Positions 57,276 through 64,000 of a stretch of DNA of 64,000 nt are shown here, one piece after another. The notes under the pieces were generated by a model. The model saw only the letters and a list, made by a program, of their open reading frames with translations. It ran no database searches and was not told where the DNA came from. Where the stretch lies: positions 22,003 to 86,002 of the forward strand of contig JBDHUN010000001.1 of assembly GCA_039809225.1 (NCBI GenBank), read 5' to 3'. Made by a program: the position numbers and the translations under genes. This DNA comes from Candidatus Saccharimonas sp. Its GTDB lineage: Bacteria; Patescibacteriota; Saccharimonadia; Saccharimonadales; Saccharimonadaceae. Within the stretch, counting starts at the first letter, position 1. Every line of letters starts with the position of its first letter.

Positions 57276-57324
57276 AATATAAACAAGCGGCCATCAGCCA
57301 GGCAGTAATTGTGTGCGCATTAAC

Positions 57325-57639
57325 CTAGACTGTTACCACAGAGTTCTTCTTAGTAAGCGTTATCGCTTCAAACATATCAAACATACCACCAAAGACGAGC
57401 AGTACACCAGCAACGTACTGTTTACTGGGTAACAAAACCAGCAGTGAAAATACGATAAGTATGCCGGCGGCTATGATGTGAACGATTCGATGAGTGAGAA
57501 GGTCGTAAGGGCTCGATGCCGCGTGGTGGCTAATAGTATGAGGTCGATTTGTATCAGTACTGCGCCACAGCAGTACTGAATGCCAGATGTTGGCAGCTAC
57601 CAGGGCAAGTATCGATAAAAAAGAAATGATAGATATCAT
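57325..57639 (-). CDS. Hypothetical membrane protein
   Basis: 104 aa, three hydrophobic helices. Confidence 0.5.
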   Translation of the reverse strand: MISIISFLSILALVAANIWHSVLLWRSTDTNRPHTISHHAASSPYDLLTHRIVHIIAAGILIVFSLLVLLPSKQYVAGVLLVFGGMFDMFEAITLTKKNSVVTV

Positions 57640-57731
57640 ATGCCATACTATTCACTATATCAAATAAGGAATAAGTTATATTAATGCACCCATGTCATTC
57701 AAAGAGTCTATTTGTTATAATACTATCTGAT

Positions 57732-57805
57732 GGCGCGTTGGCGGAGCAGTTACGCAGAGGTCTGCAAAACCTCGTAGATGGGTGCAACTCCCATACGTGC
57801 CTCCA
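57732..57805 (+). tRNA. tRNA-Cys (anticodon GCA)
   Basis: Acceptor GGCGCGT/ACGTGCC, anticodon stem GAGGT/ACCTC with loop CTGCAAA, T-arm ATGGG-TGCAACT-CCCAT. G occupies the usually U55 position. Encoded CCA end. Confidence 0.85.
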
Positions 57806-57814
57806 TAGACTTTA

Positions 57815-57842
57815 GGAGGGCTTTGCCCTCCGTTTTGTTTTG
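57815..57842 (+). terminator. Rho-independent terminator after tRNA-Cys
   Basis: GGAGGG-CTTTG-CCCTCC followed by GTTTTGTTTT. Confidence 0.75.
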
Positions 57843-57899
57843 AAATGAATTCAAGAGCAGCCCCCCACTACAGCGAGCGCTAGCATTCGTGCTGCGCGT

Positions 57900-58490
57900 T
57901 CATTGCTGACGCAAAATTTCTATATGCTCCGGAAATGTCTCATCGAGAAAGTGGCCGCGATTTGTAAAATTATGGGTTATTGCAGTGGGCAAATCTGTCT
58001 GGTATTTGGCTAGTTCTGTAAAGGGCGCAACCGGGTCGTCTTGGCTGTGAAACAGGTGAACCTCTTTTGCACTTTTAGCTACATTTTTAGCCGAGTATAT
58101 TTTGAAGCTACCGAGATCTTCAATTGATTCGTCATCATACCCACCCGACACCAGCATGATTCGCTTTACCGGTTTCTCGAGGGGGTGTTCCTGCAAATAT
58201 TTCGTCAGAAACATTGCGCCAAGCGAATGCCCAACTATTTGCACATCATCTCCAAGAAATGGAATGAGTTTTTCGAAATAAATTACCCATTCATCAAACA
58301 CCGCATTCATACTGTTTGGCATAGTGGGATAGAGTATGTCAAATTCGGGTAAATCTTTAACTAGCCTTTCTTTCCATCGAAGCGGATGGGTGAGTTTATC
58401 GTAGGTTAGCTTCTTTTTATCAAGATACTTACGATACGATGCATATGATGAAAAACTGGTGCCGCCGTGAATAATCAGAATTTGTCGCAT
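57900..58490 (-). CDS. Alpha/beta serine hydrolase (YdeN/RBBP9-like)
   Basis: ILIIHGG N-terminus and nucleophile elbow VGHSLGA. About 196 aa, as in the Ser_hydrolase family. Confidence 0.8.
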   Translation of the reverse strand: MRQILIIHGGTSFSSYASYRKYLDKKKLTYDKLTHPLRWKERLVKDLPEFDILYPTMPNSMNAVFDEWVIYFEKLIPFLGDDVQIVGHSLGAMFLTKYLQEHPLEKPVKRIMLVSGGYDDESIEDLGSFKIYSAKNVAKSAKEVHLFHSQDDPVAPFTELAKYQTDLPTAITHNFTNRGHFLDETFPEHIEILRQQ

Positions 58491-58513
58491 ATTTTTAGTA
58501 TACTAGGGAACAG

Positions 58514-58599
58514 GCGCGGGTGGCGGAATTGGTAGACGCGAGGGACTTAAAATCCCTTGACCAAAAGTCGTGCGGGTTCGATTCCCGCTCCGCGCACCA
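58514..58599 (+). tRNA. tRNA-Leu (anticodon TAA)
   Basis: Acceptor GCGCGGG/TCCGCGC, D-arm GCG-GAATTGGTAGA-CGC, anticodon stem AGGGA/TCCCT with loop CTTAAAA. Long variable arm, T-arm GCGGG-TTCGATT-CCCGC, ACCA end. Confidence 0.92.
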
Positions 58600-58607
58600 A
58601 ATAAAAT

Positions 58608-58629
58608 GCCGTGATACTCACGGCGTTTT
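58608..58629 (+). terminator. Rho-independent terminator after tRNA-Leu(TAA)
   Basis: GCCGTGA-TAC-TCACGGC followed by GTTTT. Confidence 0.75.
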
Positions 58630-58679
58630 GTCTATTTGGTGCCTCGTTTTTAGAGGTAGAAGTTGCTATAATAGAGTGA

Positions 58680-59744
58680 ATGAAACAGCACTCGACCAAA
58701 TTAACACCAACGGTACTTCAACGACGTTTTTTGGCATGGCTAGGCAAATTCAATCAGCAACTAACTGATCGTTATCAGGCATTTTTGTCACGCCGTCCGC
58801 ATCGCAGCTTTCAGCGCACACGCCGTCGAGATTATGCACGGCCACTCCATCTGCCGAGCTACATTGCATTTACGGTCGAAGTCACGAAAAATGTTGTCGG
58901 CCATCGACGCATCTTCGTATGGTTGATGGTTCTTTACGCGCTGGTGATTTTGGTGTTAGGTGGGATCACAAATCAAGATACGTATGCTGAGATTACCACA
59001 CTCGTGAAAGGTTCTAGTAAAACCATATTCACGGATGGTATCGGGAAGCTTGGACAGGCTGGCTTGCTGCTTGTAGGTACGGTATCGGGAAGCAATAATG
59101 CGCTCTCGGCCGAACAACAGGCATATTTAGTCATCGTGATTATTTTTGTGTGGCTCACGACCGTATGGCTACTACGCGAACTGTTGTTGGGGAGACGACC
59201 GAAGCTACGTGACGGACTGTATAATGCCGGTGCACCATTTATAGCTACATTGATTGTGGTGGCGGTGCTGCTCGTACAGTTATTGCCCATTGTCGTTGTC
59301 GGTGTACTCTATGCTGGTCTATTGTCGATCGGAGTTGTGTCCGAAGGATTCGGGGCAATGCTGTTTTGGGTAGGCGCAGCAGCGGTCTCGGCTCTTGTCT
59401 TGTACTGGGTGACAAGTACGTTGATCGCGCTTGTCGTGGTGACGCTGCCAGGTATGTACCCGTTTCGGGCACTCCGCGCCGCCAGTGATCTCGTCGTCGG
59501 GTGGCGTTTGCCAATCTTGTATCGCTGGCTGTGGGGCGTCGCAGTACTGCTACTAGCGTGGATCATTATCATGCTGCCGATCATTTTGCTTGATGGGTGG
59601 CTGAAAGACACGTGGCAGCAACTCGCGATAGTGCCAGTCGTACCGGTCGCAATTGCGGTGATGATGGCAGTATCAGTAGTTTGGTTTGCTACATATGTCT
59701 ACTTGTTGTATCGAAAGGTAGTCGACGATCATGCCAGAATCTAG
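58680..59744 (+). CDS. Hypothetical polytopic membrane protein
   Basis: 354 aa, basic N-terminus, at least 6 hydrophobic helices. The end overlaps the ligA start. Confidence 0.6.
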   Translation: MKQHSTKLTPTVLQRRFLAWLGKFNQQLTDRYQAFLSRRPHRSFQRTRRRDYARPLHLPSYIAFTVEVTKNVVGHRRIFVWLMVLYALVILVLGGITNQDTYAEITTLVKGSSKTIFTDGIGKLGQAGLLLVGTVSGSNNALSAEQQAYLVIVIIFVWLTTVWLLRELLLGRRPKLRDGLYNAGAPFIATLIVVAVLLVQLLPIVVVGVLYAGLLSIGVVSEGFGAMLFWVGAAAVSALVLYWVTSTLIALVVVTLPGMYPFRALRAASDLVVGWRLPILYRWLWGVAVLLLAWIIIMLPIILLDGWLKDTWQQLAIVPVVPVAIAVMMAVSVVWFATYVYLLYRKVVDDHARI

Positions 59745-61752
59745 CGATGTATCTCCCACTGAGCGCGCTGCACAACTACGTGAGTTGATTAACGATTATC
59801 GCTACCGTTACCACGTGCTCGATGAATCAACCATGAGTGAGGCGGCAGCCGATAGTCTGAAACACGAATTGTCACAGCTTGAAGCAACGTATCCCGAACT
59901 TGTCACGCCCGATAGCCCGACACAACGTGTTGCCGGTAAGGCGCTCGATAAATTTGTCAAAGTGATGCACGGCACACCGATGATCAGCCTCGCTGATGTA
60001 TTTGACCGCGAAGAAGTCGCGGCGTGGATGGAACGCGCTCGAAAAATATTGCCGAATTTGGGCAATGAGTTTCTGTGTGACATTAAAATGGACGGCCTGG
60101 CCTGTGCGCTCATTTATGAAGATGGTGCCCTGGTGCAAGCCGTGACGCGCGGGGACAGCCGCGTGGGCGAGGACGTGACGATGAATGTGCGCACCATCGA
60201 AAATGTGCCGCTCAAACTACGTGCCAATCAGAAATTCGCACATTTTCTCCGTGGCCGCACGGAAATTCGCGGCGAAATAGTCATGTTTAAAAAAGAGTTT
60301 GCCGCACTCAATGCCGAGCGCGAAAAAGTTGGCCAACCGCTGTTTAAAAACCCGCGCAATCTCGCCGCCGGCACGATTCGTCAGCTCGATCCGTCGTTGG
60401 TGGCGGCACGGCCACTGCATTTTATTGGCTACGATATTATTCGCGATAATCCTGAAGATACACCAACCGTTGCTTTTGGCTACGCCATGATGAGTGAGCT
60501 CGGGATTGCTACCAGCAAGCTTACAAAAGTGTGTAATGGGCTCGATGAAATCATGGCGTATGTCGAGCATCTCGACGAAATTCGAGCTGGGCTGAAATTT
60601 AATACCGACGGGGCAGTGATCAAAGTCAATGACCGGGAGCAATTTGCTGAGCTTGGTGTGGTAGGCAAAACCCCGCGTGCGGCTGTTGCCTATAAGTTTG
60701 CCGCCGAGGAAGCAACAACAGTCGTGAAGGACATCGTGATTTCGATTGGCCGAACTGGTGCTGCGACGCCGGTTGCCGTGTTTGACCCTGTGCAAGTCGC
60801 CGGTACGACTGTGCAGCATGCTAGCCTGCACAATGCCGACGAAATCGCGCGGCTCGATGTCCGCATTGGCGACACGGTGATTATATTCAAGGCCGGCGAT
60901 ATCATTCCGCAGGTTCAGCAAGTGCTGACGAAACTGCGCCCGAAGGGCACAAAGCCGTTTGAGTATCAGGCAGAACTTGCGCGCCAATACCCTGAACTTG
61001 AATTTGTCCGCCCCGAAGGCGAAGTGGTGTACCGCGTGAAAGGCTTGACTGGCCCGATTATATTAAAGCGGGCGCTGCAGCACTTTGCGAGCAAGAGTGC
61101 GCTCGATATCGACACGCTTGGCGAGAAGAATGTCGAGGCATTGGTGGACGCCAGGCTCGTGAGCGACCTTGCGGATGTTTATGCATTACACAGAGGTCGG
61201 GTGGTCGATCTCGATCGGTTTGGTGATGTTTCGACTGATAAACTACTCGCGGCGATCGCTGACAAAAAATCACCCGAGCTGGCGCGGTTTATCTACGGCC
61301 TTGGTATTCGTCATGTCGGTATGCAGACGGCGATCGACCTCGCGAATCGGTTCGAGAGCCTGGATGTGCTGGCGCGTGCGACGATCGACGATTTAAAAAA
61401 CGTCGATGGTGTCGGTGAAGTCGTTGCCGAATCAATCGCGGCATGGTTTGCCGATGAAGACAACCTGGCGCTGCTCGAAAAGTTCACGTCACTCGGCGTC
61501 AGCCCGCATTTCGAAAAACGCTCAGGTAAATTGGTGGGCAAGAGCTTCGTCATCACCGGCACGCTTGAGTCGATGGGGCGCGACGAAGCGGCTGACAAAA
61601 TTCGCTCCCTCGGCGGTACTTTTCAAACTAGTGTCGGTAAAGACACCACTTATCTAGTGGTAGGCGGGAACGTCGGTGCCAGCAAGCTGAAAAAAGCCGA
61701 GCGGTATGGTACAAAGATTATTAATGAGCAACAGCTGCTGGATATGCTGTGA
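59731..61752 (+). CDS. ligA: NAD-dependent DNA ligase
   Basis: Adenylation motif CDIKMDGLA, OB fold, HhH repeats and C-terminal BRCT (FVITGTL..). Confidence 0.95.
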   Translation: MPESSDVSPTERAAQLRELINDYRYRYHVLDESTMSEAAADSLKHELSQLEATYPELVTPDSPTQRVAGKALDKFVKVMHGTPMISLADVFDREEVAAWMERARKILPNLGNEFLCDIKMDGLACALIYEDGALVQAVTRGDSRVGEDVTMNVRTIENVPLKLRANQKFAHFLRGRTEIRGEIVMFKKEFAALNAEREKVGQPLFKNPRNLAAGTIRQLDPSLVAARPLHFIGYDIIRDNPEDTPTVAFGYAMMSELGIATSKLTKVCNGLDEIMAYVEHLDEIRAGLKFNTDGAVIKVNDREQFAELGVVGKTPRAAVAYKFAAEEATTVVKDIVISIGRTGAATPVAVFDPVQVAGTTVQHASLHNADEIARLDVRIGDTVIIFKAGDIIPQVQQVLTKLRPKGTKPFEYQAELARQYPELEFVRPEGEVVYRVKGLTGPIILKRALQHFASKSALDIDTLGEKNVEALVDARLVSDLADVYALHRGRVVDLDRFGDVSTDKLLAAIADKKSPELARFIYGLGIRHVGMQTAIDLANRFESLDVLARATIDDLKNVDGVGEVVAESIAAWFADEDNLALLEKFTSLGVSPHFEKRSGKLVGKSFVITGTLESMGRDEAADKIRSLGGTFQTSVGKDTTYLVVGGNVGASKLKKAERYGTKIINEQQLLDML

Positions 61753-61964
61753 TAACAAAAGGAGTCTATCGGCATAATAAATCCGGTCAACTGTACGAAG
61801 TGATCGGGCTGGCGTTACAAACTGAGACGGAAGAAAAATTGGTAATTTATAAGCCACTTTACGAAAGCGACCATGAGTTATTTGCCAGGCCGGAAGCAAT
61901 GTTCATAGAAGTGGTTAACATCGGCGGCAAAAATGTTCCTCGGTTCGAATTTGTTCATGCTTAA
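61749..61964 (+). CDS. DUF1653 domain protein
   Basis: GVYRHNKSGQLYEVIGLALQTETEEKLVIYKPLY follows the DUF1653 pattern. 4-nt overlap with the ligA stop. Confidence 0.75.
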   Translation: MITKGVYRHNKSGQLYEVIGLALQTETEEKLVIYKPLYESDHELFARPEAMFIEVVNIGGKNVPRFEFVHA

Positions 61965-62185
61965 TTTGTGACATTATTCACAGAATTTGACGGTTAGCCC
62001 AGCATAATAAGATATGCAAGGAGCTTATCGACTCACACCACTTACAGCCCGCCCATTTCTATATCGGCCGGCACCGGTGTTAGAGCCAATGAGCGCGGAG
62101 TTGCCCATATTGGCGCCGGCATTGCTTGTAAAACAGGTGCACTGTTCTAGAAGCAAGGCTGGCGCTGATTGGTTATAATAAGGAT

Positions 62186-62893
62186 ATGAATAGCGCTATC
62201 ACTGCCCATAATCTTTCCATCAAAAAAGGTAAAAGTTTGGTGCTGGAGCACCTTTCGGTCGTCATTCCGCACGGTCAATTAACTGGTCTGATCGGTCCGA
62301 GTGGTAGCGGTAAGACGACATTGATGCGGGCCATTGTAGGTGTCCAAAAGTATAATGGCGAGTTATCCGTCCTTGGCGAAAAGGCTGGCGATGCCTGGCT
62401 AAGAAAGAAAATTGGCTATGTTACCCAAACGCCGGCCGTGTATGGTGATCTGACGGTAGGGCAGAATCTCAAGTATTTTGCTCGTATTGCTAGAGCTGAC
62501 GATAAAGCGGTCGGTGAGGTGATCGCCAAAGTTCACCTCGGTAAACAGCGAAAGCAATTGGTCGACACATTGTCCGGCGGACAGCGAGCGCGCGTCAGTT
62601 TGGCGGTGGCTTTACTGGGCAGCCCTGATGTCCTGGTGCTTGATGAGCCGACGGTCGGGCTTGATCCAATCTTGCGCGAGGAACTATGGGACATGTTTCA
62701 ACAGTTGGCCGACGAGGGCAAAACACTACTAATTTCGAGTCATGTCATGGATGAAGCTGAGCGCTGTCCGAATTTAATCTTGCTGCGCGACGGCAAAATA
62801 ATCTGGAATGACACGAGACGCAAGTTGTTGACGCATACAAAAACGCATGATGTCGGTGAGGCGTTTATTCACGCGATCAAGGAGGCAAAGTGA
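62186..62893 (+). CDS. ABC transporter ATP-binding protein (ABC-2 type)
   Basis: Walker A GPSGSGKTT, signature LSGGQRARV and Walker B VLVLDEPT. TATAAT 62174-62179 lies 6 nt before the ATG. Confidence 0.9.
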   Translation: MNSAITAHNLSIKKGKSLVLEHLSVVIPHGQLTGLIGPSGSGKTTLMRAIVGVQKYNGELSVLGEKAGDAWLRKKIGYVTQTPAVYGDLTVGQNLKYFARIARADDKAVGEVIAKVHLGKQRKQLVDTLSGGQRARVSLAVALLGSPDVLVLDEPTVGLDPILREELWDMFQQLADEGKTLLISSHVMDEAERCPNLILLRDGKIIWNDTRRKLLTHTKTHDVGEAFIHAIKEAK

Positions 62894-63633
62894 TGTATCA
62901 TCTTCGAATGACATTTGTGACCGCCGGGCGGATTATACTGCAACTGTTGCACGACAAACGCACTATCGCCCTGATGTTTCTGGCGCCTATTCTTCTCATT
63001 AGCCTGCTCTACTGGGTGTTTAGTGACGATAAAAAAATGTTTGATATGTTTGGGCCGGCGCTGCTGGGCGTTTTTCCATTTAGCGTGATGTTTCTCATCA
63101 CCAGTGTGACGACGTTGCGCGAACGGGTGACGGGCACGATGGAGCGGCTGCTCGCGATGCCGATCGGAAAGCTCGATATCATTCTCGGGTATGCGCTGGC
63201 ATTTGGGCTATTCGGCGCCATGCAGTCACTTATTACGAGTAGTGTAGCGATTTATTGGCTTGGGCTGGACGTCGCAGGTCCGCAGTGGTTTTTGGTGATC
63301 ATCGCGCTGCTCGACACATTGCTTGGGGTTGCGCTCGGGCTATTTGTCAGCGCCTTTGCGCGTACGGAATTCCAGGCGGTGCAATTTATGCCAGCACTGA
63401 TTTTTCCGCAAATTATTATTTGCGGCCTGTTCGTGCCAATTGATAAACTACCCGACTTGCTCGAACGTATTGCGTACTGGATGCCGCTCACCTACGCCGT
63501 CGAAGCCCTTAATGGTATTGCGAAACACACTGATATCACCGACGATATGTGGCGAGATGTATGGGTGGTCGGGGTGTTTATCATTGCGTCTCTCGTAATT
63601 GCCAGCCTCACTTTACGTCGCCGCACATCATGA
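62890..63633 (+). CDS. ABC-2 type transporter permease
   Basis: Six-TM protein, start overlapping the ATPase stop (GTGA). Confidence 0.85.
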   Translation: MMYHLRMTFVTAGRIILQLLHDKRTIALMFLAPILLISLLYWVFSDDKKMFDMFGPALLGVFPFSVMFLITSVTTLRERVTGTMERLLAMPIGKLDIILGYALAFGLFGAMQSLITSSVAIYWLGLDVAGPQWFLVIIALLDTLLGVALGLFVSAFARTEFQAVQFMPALIFPQIIICGLFVPIDKLPDLLERIAYWMPLTYAVEALNGIAKHTDITDDMWRDVWVVGVFIIASLVIASLTLRRRTS

Positions 63634-64000
63634 TAATCGCGCGGCTCGCACAACTTCAAATCCAAGTCGGATCAGTTCGGCGTGCGAACCGTGAAGTGTG
63701 TCAAAATCGATCTCATCAAGGCGTAGCCATTCAGCCGATCCAGGCTCCGCATCATCGCCAGCGGTGACTGGTGAGAAAGATTTGTGACGAAAAAGAATCG
63801 CCGTCGTATGCGGCCAAGCATTCAGCGTTTCGCGGTCATCACGCACCGGTCCGTCGAAGATTACTTGATGTGGATCATCAGAAATATCAAGACCGGTTTC
63901 TTCTGCCGCTTCGCGAACAGCTGCGGTGCGCGGGTTTTCATACGTATCATCAATCAGATCGACAAAGCCACCTGGCAAAGCACGCTTACCGTTGCTACGA
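63628..64000 (-). CDS. NUDIX hydrolase (N-terminus beyond window end)
   Basis: Nudix box GGFVD...ENPRTAAVREAAEETGL. The frame stays open to position 64000. Confidence 0.8.
   Translation of the reverse strand, partial: RSNGKRALPGGFVDLIDDTYENPRTAAVREAAEETGLDISDDPHQVIFDGPVRDDRETLNAWPHTTAILFRHKSFSPVTAGDDAEPGSAEWLRLDEIDFDTLHGSHAELIRLGFEVVRAARLS

Noticed and set aside
58520-58768. 82-aa ORF (MAELVDARDLKSL...)
   Set aside because: It starts inside tRNA-Leu(TAA) and runs through its terminator. Similar ORFs at 56682..56912 and 56848..57057 overlap tRNA-Leu(GAG).
60217-60987. 256-aa minus-strand ORF
   Set aside because: It is antisense to ligA, which has clear adenylation, OB and BRCT motifs. Shadow ORF.
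61965-62185. GC-richer intergenic stretch with a 54-codon ORF (MQGAYRLTPLTARPF...)
   Set aside because: There is no SD or promoter and the composition is not protein-like. It is probably a remnant or spacer.
1-64000. CRISPR arrays, rRNA genes, transposase-type IS elements
   Set aside because: I saw no short direct-repeat/spacer arrays, no rRNA-like conserved segments and no transposase-like ORFs anywhere in the window. The only recombinase is the serine recombinase at 55207..56654.

Overview
Gene-dense bacterial window of roughly 50% GC with about 70 protein genes, 3 tRNAs, no rRNA and no CRISPR array. Most of it is + strand housekeeping: tpiA (3' end), pcrA, an Rpf/G5 muralytic protein, rsmA, pgeF, metG, tatD, a cysteine desulfurase, mnmA, alaS, ftsA, ruvX, mltG, a LysM-CHAP hydrolase, obg, sbcB, uvrA, L25, uvrC, pepP, secG, ligA and ABC transporters. 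The small genes, many lineage-specific hypotheticals and cell-wall remodelling content suggest a reduced-genome Patescibacteria/Saccharibacteria-like organism. That is inference only and I cannot verify it here.

The regions worth a second look are:
1. 53.9-56.9 kb: a 2.9-kb island at the 3' end of tRNA-Leu(GAG). It carries a frameshifted large serine recombinase, two nested sets of long inverted repeats (one perfect, 111 bp) and a strongly GC3-biased foreign ORF. That ORF sits behind a consensus promoter, palindromic operators and a long 5'-UTR hairpin.
2. 39.9-46.5 kb: an accessory block of small stress/detox-type genes in which at least five genes carry single in-frame stops or 1-nt frameshifts.
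3. 26.7-27.5 kb: an orphan minus-strand mini-operon of tiny ORFs behind a perfect sigma-70 promoter.
4. 28.85-29.18 kb: a promoter-to-terminator unit with no credible ORF, a candidate ncRNA.
5. About 230 nt of structured leader upstream of the LysM-CHAP hydrolase, a possible ydaO-type riboswitch. That gene also has an in-frame N-terminal extension lacking a canonical start codon.
6. Many genes have a TATAAT box only 6-10 nt upstream of the ATG, suggesting leaderless mRNAs.

All family assignments come from motif recognition by eye. No database search was run.
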